Below, piece after piece: positions 1 to 11,223 of a DNA stretch of 64,000 nt. The notes beneath the pieces were generated by a model, which ran no database searches, was not told the DNA's origin, and saw only the letters and a list, made by a program, of their open reading frames with translations. Position 1 is the stretch's first letter. Each line of letters opens with the position of its first letter. A program made the position numbers and the translations under genes. The stretch lies in the NCBI GenBank assembly GCA_963845065.1, contig CAWJQQ010000002.1, forward strand, positions 384,001-448,000, given 5' to 3'. The DNA is from Nitrospirota bacterium. Lineage in GTDB: Bacteria; Nitrospirota; UBA9217.

Positions 1-181
1 CGCAATTGAGATCGACGAGGAAGTCAAGCGCATCGTATCGGACAACTACGCACGGGCCAAGAAATTGATCAGCGACCGCAAGGAAACGCTTGATCAACTT
101 ACCAAAGCACTCCTTGAGAAGGAAACTCTCGACGGCGCCGAAATCGAGGTGATTGTCAACGGCCAGCCCGCACTGGCTTAG
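1..181 (+). CDS. ftsH: ATP-dependent metalloprotease FtsH, C-terminal end (partial)
   Basis: Frame 2 reads AIEIDEEVKRIVSDNYARAKKLI...ALLEKETLDGAEI...*, the peptidase M41 C-terminus; ftsH-folP synteny. Confidence 0.9.
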   Translation, partial: AIEIDEEVKRIVSDNYARAKKLISDRKETLDQLTKALLEKETLDGAEIEVIVNGQPALA

Positions 182-190
182 GAGGCAGGC

Positions 191-1351
191 ATGGTGCCTG
201 TACTTCGGATTTCTGGCCACGATGTGTTCTCCATAACCGTGGAGGGGCTCACCTCCGTACAGGAGTCGGTCGTCCGTAACTCCATCTCCGCATCAGACAA
301 CGGGGCAGGTCTTGTACTTGCCCCATTTTTTTCTTCTTCGCGGTCCCGTTCGAATTTGGTTCTAAGCGGAACCAGAGAACAGATCAAGCACCTCTCCCGC
401 ATGATTTCTGTAAACAGTAGTTTTCCAGTGGAACTTTCAAAAAAAATCGACTCTCTGCTTGACAACTATTTGCGCTCAGATTATAAGATTGATTGCAGAG
501 GCACGATGCTGGACATGGGCACCCGAACTCGCATTATGGGCATCCTGAACGTGACTCCTGATTCCTTTTCCGACGGAGGCCTGTTCGCTGATGTGGGGAA
601 AGCCATCTCCTATGCACGGGATATGGCAACGGCGGGAGCGGACATCATTGATATAGGTGGGGAATCAACAAGGCCGGGATCGGAACCACTTGCTGAGGAA
701 GAAGAACTGCGCAGAATCCTCCCGCTCATTGGGCGGTTATCAAAAGAACTGACCATCCCCATCTCCGTCGACACCTACAAAGCATCAGTAGCAAAAAAGG
801 CGCTCGAGGCCGGCGCCTCGATCGTGAATGACATTAGCGGCCTCCGGTTCTCACCGGACATGGCGAAGGTGGTTGCCGAGTACGGAGCGGCCGTCATAAT
901 CATGCACATCAAAGGCACACCGCGCAACATGCAGCAGAACCCGGTGTACGATGATGTGATCGGCGAAATCATGGCCTATCTAGAGGAAGGGATCGCGATT
1001 GCCGAGCAGGCCGGTGTTGACCGAGACAAGACGCTTATTGACCCCGGCATAGGATTCGGGAAGACGCTCGAGCACAACCTAGCGATCCTGAACCGGCTTG
1101 ATGAGTTCCGGGCCCTCGGCAGGCCGATCGTACTCGGGACGTCGAGGAAAAAATTTATCGGCACAGTCCTTGATATTCCGGTACCTGAGCACCGCGTCGA
1201 GGGGACCGCTGCAACTGTGGCTATCGGGATTGAGCGGGGCGCGAGCGTCGTGCGGGTTCATGACGTGGCACACGTGGCGCGGATAGTTCGGATGACCGAT
1301 GCTATAGTAAAACCAACATGTAAACCTCACAGAGCCGAAAAGACAGGTTGA
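191..1351 (+). CDS. folP: Dihydropteroate synthase with N-terminal extension
   Basis: IMGILNVTPDSFSDGG, DIGGESTRPG, DPGIGFGK, SRK and RVHDV motifs; RBS GGAGG. Confidence 0.95.
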   Translation: MVPVLRISGHDVFSITVEGLTSVQESVVRNSISASDNGAGLVLAPFFSSSRSRSNLVLSGTREQIKHLSRMISVNSSFPVELSKKIDSLLDNYLRSDYKIDCRGTMLDMGTRTRIMGILNVTPDSFSDGGLFADVGKAISYARDMATAGADIIDIGGESTRPGSEPLAEEEELRRILPLIGRLSKELTIPISVDTYKASVAKKALEAGASIVNDISGLRFSPDMAKVVAEYGAAVIIMHIKGTPRNMQQNPVYDDVIGEIMAYLEEGIAIAEQAGVDRDKTLIDPGIGFGKTLEHNLAILNRLDEFRALGRPIVLGTSRKKFIGTVLDIPVPEHRVEGTAATVAIGIERGASVVRVHDVAHVARIVRMTDAIVKPTCKPHRAEKTG

Positions 1352-1443
1352 CATGAAGAAATCAGCTAGAATTTTGAGATCGGGGAAATGAATGACCATA
1401 AGCTCGAGTTCTACTTTTTTTCTACGACGAACTCCATACATCC

Positions 1444-2262
1444 GTGGTAAAGAGCACGTTTCGTATTATGCCCAATAATTTCAATGATATACACGAAGCC
1501 CTTACGCACTTTCGCTGGTTTAACGATACGATAGACATCGCATTGGTCTACTATCTTTTTTACCGGCTGCTCCTTCTTATCAAAGGCACGCGTGCTTTCC
1601 AAATGCTCATCGGTATCGGGCTTATCGTGCTGGTACTCATTGCTTCCCAGACTTTCGAGTTCTATACCCTTGACTGGCTTATCCACAGTTTCTGGTCTCA
1701 GATCGTGCTTGCCATCGTGATCCTGTTCCAACCCGAGATCAGGAGGACCCTCGCCCGGGTCGGCGAACGTCACCTGTTCCGGTCACTATCGACAGTTGAA
1801 GGCTCCAAGTTCATTGAGGAAACAGTGAAAGCGGCCGTATCCATGGCGAACAAACGGATTGGAGCCCTCATTGTCCTCGAACGGGACACCGACCTCACAA
1901 CGATCGTAGAGATGGGTACCGAACTCGATGCTAAAGTCACCAAAGAGATCCTGGTGAGCATATTCCTCCCATATTCTCCGATCCACGACGGTGCTGCCAT
2001 CATCAGGAATGGAAGGATAATTGCTGCAGGTTGTTTCCTGCCCCTCACACTTTCATCGAACCTTTCAAAGGCGCTTGGTACACGCCACCGTGCCGCGGTC
2101 GGCCTCACGGAAGAAGCAGATGCCGTGGTGGTGGTCGTCTCCGAGGAAACCGGCGAAATTTCTGTGGTCAAGAACGGCGCGATCGAGCACAATGCAGATG
2201 CACCTGAACTAAGGACGACTTTATCCACTATTTTCATCCAGAGAAAGAATAGAAAGGCATAG
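1444..2262 (+). CDS. cdaA: Diadenylate cyclase CdaA (start may be ATG 1468)
   Basis: Three N-terminal TM helices, FQPEIRR, HDGA and GTRHRAA DAC motifs. Confidence 0.95.
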   Translation: MVKSTFRIMPNNFNDIHEALTHFRWFNDTIDIALVYYLFYRLLLLIKGTRAFQMLIGIGLIVLVLIASQTFEFYTLDWLIHSFWSQIVLAIVILFQPEIRRTLARVGERHLFRSLSTVEGSKFIEETVKAAVSMANKRIGALIVLERDTDLTTIVEMGTELDAKVTKEILVSIFLPYSPIHDGAAIIRNGRIIAAGCFLPLTLSSNLSKALGTRHRAAVGLTEEADAVVVVVSEETGEISVVKNGAIEHNADAPELRTTLSTIFIQRKNRKA

Positions 2263-2263
2263 C

Positions 2264-2920
2264 ATGGAGGTCCGGAAACTGCTGTTCGAAAACTGGGGCA
2301 TCAAGCTCCTCTCAATGGCGTTAGCAGTCTCGCTTTGGTTCTATGTTACTTCAAAAGGCAAAACCGAGATGACGCTCACCGTACCGCTCGAGCTTCGGAA
2401 CATTCCCCAGAATATGGCCGTAGTCGGAAACGTGGCTGGTTCCCTCGATGTGCGTGTGCAGGGCCAAGAAAATGTGCTCCGCGACATTACTGTCGGGAAA
2501 AAAGTATATGGCGTCCTCGACTTGTCCCTGACCAAAGTCGGCGAAAACGTCGTGCCTATTTCCCCCGACGAAATTCGTCGGCCTTCAGGCGTGACCGTCA
2601 TGCATATTTCACAATCAGAAGTCAAGGTGAAGTTGGAACCGCTCGTACGAAAAATCTTCCATCTCAGGCCCATTCTTCACGGCATTCCCGCTGCGGGCTA
2701 TCGTGTCAGAAAAATCGCAGTCACTCCTTCCCGCATAACGGTGGAAGGTCCGGAAAGTGTCATCGAGACGTTGGAAAGCCTCCAGACAATGCCAATCGAT
2801 GTCCAGGGGGCAAACGCGGGCTTGGCCATAGAACCCAAGATCGACTATCAGGGAAAATCGATCAAGATAATTGATACTAATATTTCTGTCCGGATAACAA
2901 TCGAAAGGATAAATAGATGA
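2264..2920 (+). CDS. cdaR: YbbR-domain CdaA regulator
   Basis: N-terminal TM ([15 protein letters not shown]), YbbR-like beta repeats, position between cdaA and glmM. Confidence 0.85.
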   Translation: MEVRKLLFENWGIKLLSMALAVSLWFYVTSKGKTEMTLTVPLELRNIPQNMAVVGNVAGSLDVRVQGQENVLRDITVGKKVYGVLDLSLTKVGENVVPISPDEIRRPSGVTVMHISQSEVKVKLEPLVRKIFHLRPILHGIPAAGYRVRKIAVTPSRITVEGPESVIETLESLQTMPIDVQGANAGLAIEPKIDYQGKSIKIIDTNISVRITIERINR

Positions 2921-4266
2921 ATAAATTATTTGGAACCGACGGGGTCCGGGGAGTGGCGAACCAGGATCCAATGACCTCAGAGATGGCGCTCCGTATCGGC
3001 AGGGCCGCTGCCCACGTATTGCGCGATTCTGTACACAGGCACCGAATCGTTATCGGTAAAGACACGAGGCTTTCAGGCTATATGATCGAAAGCGCGCTAA
3101 CGTCTGGCCTCTGCTCCATGGGGATGGACGTGCTGCTCATAGGGCCGGTGCCCACGCCAGGGATTGCATTCCTGACCAGAAGTCTGCGGGCAGACGCGGG
3201 TGTAGTCATTTCTGCTTCACATAACCCCTATGAAGACAACGGAATCAAGTTCTTTGGCAGGGACGGATTCAAGCTGCCTGATGAAACGGAAAAGAAGATG
3301 GAGGACCTAATTTTTTCCGGTGAGGTAGACTCCATCAGGCCCACTGCCGCAGAAATCGGCAAGGCGTCCCGCATAGACGATGCAATCGGCAGGTACAATG
3401 AATTCGTTAAATCATCAATCCCCCGCGGAATGGACCTCACGGGACTGCGCATTGCCGTCGATTCGGCAAACGGTGCGGCATACAAGATCGGCCCGCGCAT
3501 CCTCCTAGAACTAGGAGCAGATGTTATTTCAGTGTACGACCAGCCAACCGGCATGAATATCAACCAAGGTTGCGGCTCGCTCTATCCTGAAGCTATCTCT
3601 CAGGCGGTCGTGGCCAATCATGCACATGTCGGGATAGCTTTTGATGGAGACGCAGACCGGGTTGTTTTTTGCGATGAACACGGCACTGTGATAGATGGCG
3701 ACACACTCATGGCAATATGCGCACTACGAATGATGAAGGACGGCAGGCTCAAACAGAACACGCTTGTTGCCACGGTCATGAGCAATCTCGGCCTTGAACT
3801 CGCAATGCAACGTTCGGGAGGTAAACTGGTGCGAACTGCAGTCGGCGACCGGTATGTTATGGAGAAAATGCTGTCGGGTGGATATAATCTTGGGGGTGAG
3901 CAATCGGGACACATCATCTTCCTAGACCACAATACGACAGGGGATGGCCTCATTTCTGCACTCCAGGTCCTCGCGATAATGAAACAGGTGAGCAAGCCCT
4001 TGTCCGAATTGGCGGCATGCATGAAGACCTATCCCCAAATCCTGGTAAATGTAAAGGTCAAACAGCGGCGGGATCTAGCATCGATTCCTGAAATTTCCAA
4101 GCATATGTCCGAGATCGAGAAGAAGCTTGACGGCACCGGACGCCTGCTCGTTCGCTACTCCGGTACAGAACCCAAGGTCCGTATCATGATTGAAGGAGAA
4201 GACCAGCATGAGATCAAGGTGCTTGCCGAGGACTTAGCCGGGATCATCAAGGAAAAGCTCGGATGA
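2917..4266 (+). CDS. glmM: Phosphoglucosamine mutase
   Basis: [28 protein letters not shown] and RYSGTEP motifs. Confidence 0.97.
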   Translation: MNKLFGTDGVRGVANQDPMTSEMALRIGRAAAHVLRDSVHRHRIVIGKDTRLSGYMIESALTSGLCSMGMDVLLIGPVPTPGIAFLTRSLRADAGVVISASHNPYEDNGIKFFGRDGFKLPDETEKKMEDLIFSGEVDSIRPTAAEIGKASRIDDAIGRYNEFVKSSIPRGMDLTGLRIAVDSANGAAYKIGPRILLELGADVISVYDQPTGMNINQGCGSLYPEAISQAVVANHAHVGIAFDGDADRVVFCDEHGTVIDGDTLMAICALRMMKDGRLKQNTLVATVMSNLGLELAMQRSGGKLVRTAVGDRYVMEKMLSGGYNLGGEQSGHIIFLDHNTTGDGLISALQVLAIMKQVSKPLSELAACMKTYPQILVNVKVKQRRDLASIPEISKHMSEIEKKLDGTGRLLVRYSGTEPKVRIMIEGEDQHEIKVLAEDLAGIIKEKLG

Positions 4267-4477
4267 AAATTCGATAGAGGTTTTTGAAATCAGATAAGCC
4301 GTCTCTCTGCCATTATCTTAATCATGAATGTGCTATCATCATCACTTGGATAATACCCTCGCGCGATACATAAGAATATGGAATCAGATCTTCCGGATGA
4401 ACTCTGACGGTGCATTCATCATACTCAATCTATCAGCCAGGCTCGAAGCCGAATCGTAGCGCGATGACCAAGGAGAA

Positions 4478-4602
4478 GTGAATTACACACAGGCTAAAGC
4501 CTGCGGTTTCCGGTCAAGCAAAGGCAATTCAGCCTCCGCTTCGGTCCGGGGAGCCTTCATCCCCAGTTTTAAAAACTGGGATTTTCTGTTAAGGGTGAGA
4601 AA
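4478..4602 (-). mobile_element. IS200/IS605-derived non-autonomous mini element (PATE-like)
   Basis: Minus strand: left-end hairpin AATCCCCAGTTTTTAAAACTGGGGATGAA and right-end hairpin CAGGCTTTAGCCTG ending in AATTCAC; no ORF. Confidence 0.65.
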
Positions 4603-4659
4603 CTTTAGTGATCTGATGACATGGAGAAAACTGACAGGGAAACTCAAAGAGGCCTGAAA

Positions 4660-5568
4660 TCAGGACAGGGGGGACTTGATGGGGTAGACCTTCAGAAAAC
4701 TCAGAAACTCCTTGGCAGTATGGGTGCAGTAATTGCGCTTCGGCGAAATAATGCTGAAATTTCTATGGAACTTGACATCCTTAAAGGTCAGTGCCTTGAG
4801 CGTGCCGTGCTTGAGTGCTGAACGGGCTGCCCAAGCTGAAACGATCGAAACACCCATCCCCTCCTCCACTGCTCCCTTGATCGCTTCGATACCGCCAAGC
4901 ACAAGCGCGATCTTGAGGTGATCCCGCTTGATGCCGTGGTCTTCAAGGTGTTTCAAGATGATCTGGCGCGTGCCTGACCCCTCTTCACGGAGAATGAGCG
5001 GTTCTTTGATGAGGTCCATTCCGGGTATATTGCGACGCTCAGCCCAAGGGTGGACTGGCGACACGATTACGACCAATTCATCGGACAGTAGGATGTCGAC
5101 GGAAAAGCGCTGTTTGCTCACGTCGCCCTCCACCAGGGCCATGTCGATCTCGCCTGCATTCAATTTATCGGTTATGACTTTTGTATTGTTTATGATCAGT
5201 GAAATATTTACCTGGGGAACCTTTTTCTTGAAGGCGGCGATGATCGACGGGAGAAGGTAGTTGCCGATCGTCATGCTGGCACCAACGGAGAGAGAGCCTT
5301 TGATGGCGCCGGTGATCTCACTAATGTTTTTCTGCGCCTCAGCGTAAAGGCCGAGTATTTCTTTCGCCCGCTTGTACAGGATTTCGCCGGCGGGTGTCAG
5401 GTTAATGGTGTTCCCCGATCGGTCGAACAGCCTCGTCTCATATAGCTCCTCCATGGCTTGTATCTGAAGACTCACTGCCGGCTGAGTCAAGTGAATCAAC
5501 TCTGACGCCTTGGAAAAACTCTTTGTTTCTGCGACAGCGCAGAATACTCTCAGTTTATGGTCTTCCAT
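4660..5568 (-). CDS. LysR-family transcriptional regulator (CysL/CmpR-like)
   Basis: HTH SFSKASELIHLTQPAVSLQI; REEGSGTR motif of the CysL/CbbR-like substrate domain. Confidence 0.93.
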   Translation of the reverse strand: MEDHKLRVFCAVAETKSFSKASELIHLTQPAVSLQIQAMEELYETRLFDRSGNTINLTPAGEILYKRAKEILGLYAEAQKNISEITGAIKGSLSVGASMTIGNYLLPSIIAAFKKKVPQVNISLIINNTKVITDKLNAGEIDMALVEGDVSKQRFSVDILLSDELVVIVSPVHPWAERRNIPGMDLIKEPLILREEGSGTRQIILKHLEDHGIKRDHLKIALVLGGIEAIKGAVEEGMGVSIVSAWAARSALKHGTLKALTFKDVKFHRNFSIISPKRNYCTHTAKEFLSFLKVYPIKSPLS

Positions 5569-6248
5569 AGTTTAATAAGATTGTTAGAACTATTTATGTA
5601 TTCCGGTGATGAGTTACTATGAGAACAGCCCGCATGTGGGACTTCGTTTCTTATTTATATATCAAACCTCTTGCGAAGTCAAGGAGTTTATGAAACCTAA
5701 GAACAGCAAATCATGCTGCGCCAGTAAGAAAAACAGCTTTTTTTAACGGTATCGCCTCTTACGCGACCATACTGAGGTTCGCGTCACCAACACTCGCAGC
5801 TTATGACATCCTTCGCCATCTCTTCATCTGATTTGAGACAAACCTCTACCGCTGTGTTCCGGAGCACTTCTCTCAGATTTGCTCAACATCTTCAATCCAC
5901 TGCCGTACTCTCTTCGAAACATTTTATGCTTATGCCTTGTACCAGAACAAGCAAGTCCGCTTCAACAACCAACTTCAGGACAACCTGACCGGCGTGCCGC
6001 ACTCCGACCAGGAATCTGAATGAGTTTCCACCGAAAAGTGACAAACGTATGACACTCCCATGATTCTAGGCAGGCAAGACGCCGAAAACCCAGGAACAGG
6101 TTGTACGTGATCACTCCGCCGGCTCTTAGAGCGGCCTACAAGGTGCTTTATTGCTCAGAAAATATTCCAACCGCTGTTTTGAGGTGGAAAGCCATGTCAT
6201 TACATTTGGCCATGACATATTGTAAAGAGCTATTAATGCAAATATCGC

Positions 6249-6276
6249 TTGACATTTTTCCCTGGATGGTTAAAAT
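6249..6276 (+). promoter_or_regulatory. sigma70-type promoter
   Basis: TTGACA-N16-TAAAAT ~40 bp upstream of the small ORF. Confidence 0.6.
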
Positions 6277-6314
6277 GCACGGGTTTTCCTTATATCATTG
6301 GAGGTGAAGTTACC

Positions 6315-6488
6315 ATGGCAGAAATGAGCAAGACCGCAAAAGCAGCCACGAAGAAGTCTGTTGTCAATGTTAACGTGCCACAGTGCTGCGGCAAACCCAT
6401 GCAGGCGGCAAAGATGATGACCACGTCAGGGAAGGTCCGCGGCATGATGTGGTTGTGTGACAAATGCTGGAAAGAAAAGGTGATTTAG
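6315..6488 (+). CDS. Small Cys-rich (zinc-ribbon-like) protein, 57 aa
   Basis: RBS GGAGGT, CCGKPM and CDKC motifs, own promoter and terminator. Confidence 0.75.
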   Translation: MAEMSKTAKAATKKSVVNVNVPQCCGKPMQAAKMMTTSGKVRGMMWLCDKCWKEKVI

Positions 6489-6514
6489 ACCTTTGTCGAA
6501 TTTGAGGTTTGAAC

Positions 6515-6548
6515 AAGGCGGTGAGAATATCACCGCCTTTTGTTTTTT
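6515..6548 (+). terminator. Intrinsic terminator
   Basis: AAGGCGGTGA-loop-TCACCGCCTT followed by a T-tract. Confidence 0.85.
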
Positions 6549-6877
6549 GCACGAACTGACTACATTCGGTTTGATCCGCTGATAAAGACAAGCATAGTAA
6601 GGCCACGATTCAGTCAAGACTCATACCTCCGGCCTTTAGCAAAATGCTTGCAGTTGCAGAAAAGAGAAAATTCTAGTACTGCGCAACTTTTTGAGTTATT
6701 CCTGCCTAGTGCAGTGTAAGGACAACTCTCGTGCAATTCCTCTCCAAAATCGGTCCGGCATATGATTCAGCTTTGTACGAGCGTAGTATCCACTCAATCG
6801 CGGCGAGCAATTCACTTCGTTCTTCCTTTCTCAAGCTTTATGTCCTCGTCACAGCCTAACCAGCTAAACAGATGAAA

Positions 6878-7140
6878 TCATCCCTACCCCGAAGAGATGG
6901 GCCTGAGCCTAAGCCGGAGTTTGAAAAACCTTGAGAACAACCATTGTACTGTGCTTTCAAAATATGAAGCGTGTAAAGTTAGTCTGTATTCTTTCGCTAA
7001 TCAAACATTGTGGTAATCATAACAGCATAGTGAACTTTGTAAACCTACAACGAAATCCTTGCATATCTGATTGCTTCGCAATCAGCACCATATATCCCCG
7101 ACCTGAAAGCCAGGGTTTTACCGCACGAAAGGATGAAATT
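6878..7140 (-). mobile_element. Internally deleted IS200/IS605-family derivative
   Basis: Minus strand begins GGTAAAACCCTGGCTTTCAGGTCGGGGATATA (left-end-like hairpin); degenerate right-end hairpin near 6880-6900. Confidence 0.45.
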
Positions 7141-7283
7141 CACCTCTAGAGAAGGCAGAGTTCCTTGTTGCAAATACATTTTTTTTGTGATATTTTATGT
7201 TCGCCTAAAAAAATAGTGATGGCAGCCGGTTTCCCGATTCATGTATCCATTTATCCTGTCGCGAAGGAGCGTCACTGAAACCC

Positions 7284-7910
7284 ATGGCCCTTTTCCCGAA
7301 GAAAATAGACTTTTTCCAAATGTTTGACCGCGCCCTCGAAAATCTGACGCACGCAGCAGACATGCTCGTCGACTCGTTTACTAACTTCGAAAGTTTTGAA
7401 AAATTCGAAAAAAAGGCAAAAACGATCTACGAATTCGAGCAGGAAGGGGACATGCTCACGCATGACATCATGAAGGAACTGAACAAAACGTTTCTCACGC
7501 CCATTGACCGTGAGGACATCCACGCCTTAGCGTCCCGGATTGACGACGTGCTCGACCTGATTTGGGCCGCTGTTGACAGAATGGTCGTATACCGGATCGA
7601 CAAGCCAACTGCCGAAATAATTTCCATAGCCGAGGATCTGCAGATGACCGCAGACGTTCTTAAAAAATCGCTCCGCGAGCTTCGTGCGAAACAGTATTCA
7701 CATGTGCAGGAACACTGCATCGAAGTCAACCGGCTTGAGAACCGGATCGACCGAAAGTACCGCGACGCACTCGGCAAGCTCGTTAACAGCCAGCATGATC
7801 CCGTGCATATCATCAAATGGAAAGATATCTACCAGCTCCTCGAAGATGCGTCAGACCGGGCCGAAGATGTCGCCAATATTCTCGAAACCATAGTCCTGAA
7901 ACATGCATGA
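7284..7910 (+). CDS. DUF47 phosphate transport regulator (PhoU-like)
   Basis: TFLTPIDREDIHALA and KWKDIY..LEDASD motifs; overlaps the pit gene. Confidence 0.92.
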   Translation: MALFPKKIDFFQMFDRALENLTHAADMLVDSFTNFESFEKFEKKAKTIYEFEQEGDMLTHDIMKELNKTFLTPIDREDIHALASRIDDVLDLIWAAVDRMVVYRIDKPTAEIISIAEDLQMTADVLKKSLRELRAKQYSHVQEHCIEVNRLENRIDRKYRDALGKLVNSQHDPVHIIKWKDIYQLLEDASDRAEDVANILETIVLKHA

Positions 7911-8886
7911 AATCCTGATCCTTATTATCATTCTCGCGGTATTTTTCGACATCGCGAACGGATGGCATGACTGCGCTAACGCGATTGCCACAGTTGTGTC
8001 GACCAAGGTACTCTCACCCATGATGGCCGTAACCCTCGCTGCAGGGATGAATCTCCTCGGTGCGTTCATCTCGACTGCCGTGGCAAAAACCATCGGCACT
8101 GGCATCGTCGATCCACTAGCGGTAACGGATATGGTGATCATTTCCGCGCTGCTGTCAGCCATACTCTGGAATATCGTGACCATCCTTATGGGGCTGCCCG
8201 TCAGTTCTTCCCACGCGCTCTTTGGAGGTATTGCGGGAGCTGCCATGGCGCACGGCGGTGTCCGGATACTGAACGCTTCCGGCACCATCAAGATTCTTAC
8301 ATCACTTTTGATTTCTCCGATTTTGGGCATCATCTTCGGTTATCTCTTCATGAAGATGATTCTCTCCCTATTTGGTCAGCTCTCGCCCGGTGCTATCAGC
8401 AAGTATTTTGGCAGGCTCCAGATCATTTCATCGTCTTTTATGGCTTTTGCCCACGGCTCGAACGATGCGCAGAAAGCGATGGGTATTATTACCATGGCAC
8501 TGGTAAGCGGAGGCGTGCTCAAGACCGTCGATGTGCCGAAGTGGGTCATTCTGATTTGTGCCTTGGCCATGGGCTTCGGCACGCTTATTGGAGGGTGGAA
8601 AATCATCAAAACCATCGGCGTAAAAATGTTAAAACTCGAACCGATTCACGGATTCGCAGCGGAAACGTCCTCATCGGTCATTATCATTGCAGCAAGCCAT
8701 GTCGGTATGCCAGTAAGCACCACTCATGTTGTGTCCGCGGCCATCCTCGGGGTGGGTGCCACAAAACGTCTCTCTGCAGTCCGCTGGGGTATTGCCGGTA
8801 AAATAGTTATGGCCTGGGTGCTTACGCTACCGGTCTGTATCGCCATAGCCTGGTGTATCCAGACGATTCTCTCCTCATATCTTTAG
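7903..8886 (+). CDS. Inorganic phosphate transporter (PiT family)
   Basis: NGWHDCANAIAT, PVSSSHA, HGSNDAQK and PVSTTH signatures. Confidence 0.95.
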   Translation: MHEILILIIILAVFFDIANGWHDCANAIATVVSTKVLSPMMAVTLAAGMNLLGAFISTAVAKTIGTGIVDPLAVTDMVIISALLSAILWNIVTILMGLPVSSSHALFGGIAGAAMAHGGVRILNASGTIKILTSLLISPILGIIFGYLFMKMILSLFGQLSPGAISKYFGRLQIISSSFMAFAHGSNDAQKAMGIITMALVSGGVLKTVDVPKWVILICALAMGFGTLIGGWKIIKTIGVKMLKLEPIHGFAAETSSSVIIIAASHVGMPVSTTHVVSAAILGVGATKRLSAVRWGIAGKIVMAWVLTLPVCIAIAWCIQTILSSYL

Positions 8887-9338
8887 GATAGCAGTTCCTG
8901 CTTCCCTATTCTCTTCTTATTTGTTGTGAACCAATTGCTGATTACAAAACAATGCTATACGTCCGGAAACCAACGGCCGTTATTGACGTGAGGATGCGTT
9001 CTGAACCATACGTTGCATACCTAACATATAGTTGCGTAATGATATCACATAGGATTATTTTTATGCGCGGAAATCGAATGCTAGTCTATGCGTTCAATCC
9101 ATTGAATCTGGCGGACATTAAGCAACATTCTTGCTTTTCAATGTCAACGGGAAGACGGGTATTTAAAGTGTAAGCAGGTTTGGGATTATCATTGTAACAG
9201 ATAGCGGAGCTGAGCCGTTGCCCTAAAGCGTTCATTCGATATTCTAAGGAGAGCGATGAACAAGTCCATCTGTAAATGTTCATCAGTAGAATATTTCTTT
9301 AAAAGAATTGCTAGGTTGAATTAACCCTGCACAAACAT

Positions 9339-9974
9339 TCACAAAGACTTGATCGTCATTCTTGATATTTTTCTGATATCCACTCCTCGGTACCTACCTG
9401 CCTTAAGCATCTCGATGAAATTGGAAGCTGTCACGGTATCTCCGAATTCCGTGTAGCAAGAACCCACCTCGGAGGGCGCGTGTGCATCGGAACCCCCCGT
9501 ATACGGGAGCTTCAACATCACTGCGGCCTCAATGGCCCTCTCGTTAAAAGTATGCATATTACATCCGTTATATCCTTCAAGAGCACAAATATCACTCACG
9601 CTCCTCACCAGATCTCCCAGACTATTTACCGTACGATAGGGATGGGAGGGGATTACTACGCCGCCCGCAGTCTGGACGTAAGAGATTACTTCTTTTATTG
9701 GCACATATTTCTTTGACATCATATCTGTGTCCACACCGAAAATAAGGCAATGGCCTTCGCTTGCGGAAAATTCCACTCCTCGGAGAATCAATATCCTGTC
9801 TCCATACTTTTCTTTCAGGATCTCGGCATGCTCCGATGCGGCATACGAGTAGTGCTCAGTAAAGGCTATGCCGTGCAAACCTCGATCGATAGCATGAAGT
9901 ACAGTTTCCTCAGGGTCGGCATCATTATCGCCGCTGTTTATTGTGTGAACGTGCAGATCGATTTTGAATTTCAT
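9339..9974 (-). CDS. PHP-domain phosphoesterase
   Basis: DLHVHT, TEH, SHPYR and GGSDAH metal motifs. Confidence 0.9.
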   Translation of the reverse strand: MKFKIDLHVHTINSGDNDADPEETVLHAIDRGLHGIAFTEHYSYAASEHAEILKEKYGDRILILRGVEFSASEGHCLIFGVDTDMMSKKYVPIKEVISYVQTAGGVVIPSHPYRTVNSLGDLVRSVSDICALEGYNGCNMHTFNERAIEAAVMLKLPYTGGSDAHAPSEVGSCYTEFGDTVTASNFIEMLKAGRYRGVDIRKISRMTIKSL

Positions 9975-10084
9975 AATTATAATATGCTCAAGGCAGACAA
10001 TCACAGAAAAGTTAAAAATCTATATTTTATGGACGTAAATAGTTGATCATCCGTGTCTGACCCTTTCTTTCCTCCATACCGTTT

Positions 10085-10260
10085 AACCGCAGGCGAAGGC
10101 AAGTAAACCTTCCTTAGCCATAGCAATAGCTTTCCTCCCTACTCTTTCCGGAAGCATAAGCCGTTGATTACCAAGGCGTCGTTCGAATAGCGCCTTCCGT
10201 TCTGGTGATATTGTGCCCAGTGCCTTCAATCAAAAAATAGAGGAATGCCCCATTGCCAGG
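10085..10260 (-). pseudogene. Possible IS256-type transposase N-terminal remnant
   Basis: Minus-strand peptide ...IAMAKEGLLAFACG resembles the N-terminus of some IS256 transposases. Confidence 0.3.
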
Positions 10261-10751
10261 TGGCGTTAGTCAGGATTGTTTCATAATCCCGCTATTTGAT
10301 AACGAGTACCTTTACCCAAAAGAGGAGCCTCAGGGAGAAGGGAGAAATGATCAAAACCACAATCCTCCGAAAATTTGTTCCAAGACGTGTGCCCGCTGGG
10401 TCAGGTTTGTAATTGATACCGACAAGTAAAACTTCGTATTCTTGTGTACGAATTCGACTACGATCTTGGACATTTGCATTTTACAGTCTGCTTGAAAAAA
10501 ATCGGCTATCCCCCCTTGCCACTCTCCTGTTTTTAATGCCGAAGGAAAAGGGGGCTTTCCCCTTTTTTGCCATTATACTATTATTTGCATCACTAGAAAA
10601 TAGATTTTGGCAAAACAGCATACAGTGGCTCTTTTTTACAAGCCACAAGGTATCCTGTAGTACTCCACGCGACTATTAATATAAGAATAACTTATAATTT
10701 TGCGTAATTTATTTCATATTTCGTACTACGGAACACCTATTTCGAAGCAAA

Positions 10752-11050
10752 ATGGTCCGTCCCCTTGAATACTCCGTAAAGTTCATGACTAGCTATACAA
10801 TTTCACCGTACCAGTAAAGCTGGCATTTGCGTTTGCGCTTGAAGCAGCGGGTGCCGCTGTCCGCTCAAGCAGCCTTACGCGTGGCTTCCAAAGTCGCCGA
10901 TTCGTACAAGCTGGATAGAAAAACGGACCTTTGATTACACCGGATCGATCGCTTACGATGACCGAATGCTCTCCTGGGATTTAAAGGCCTTTTCCGTTTC
11001 CATCTGGACGACCTAGGGCCGCCTTCGCAACCCGTACGTCTCTGGTGCAT
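10752..11050 (-). pseudogene. Degenerate IS (IS3-like) C-terminal remnant
   Basis: NQRSVFLSSL.YES.ATLEATRKAA* resembles the IS3 OrfB tail (YN..R.HSSLGY.SP..FE). Confidence 0.3.
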
Positions 11051-11223
11051 GCCAAAAAGAGCTGTTGACTCACCGAATGAAAATGCAATCGTTGCTGGCG
11101 CTATACGAACAAAAGAAATGCGTTAAACCTGTTATTCCTAAGCTTGGCAGAGAGCGTAATTGTCGAAACCTTAAAGGCCTTTACCCACCTGGAACACTTT
11201 ACTCGTTCCCGTGATCCGTAAAA

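Noticed and set aside
4270..4470. glmS ribozyme after glmM
   Set aside because: No ribozyme consensus and no glmS gene follows
5760..6030. Coding-like decayed sequence, possibly a transposase tail
   Set aside because: No motif that can be assigned to a family with confidence
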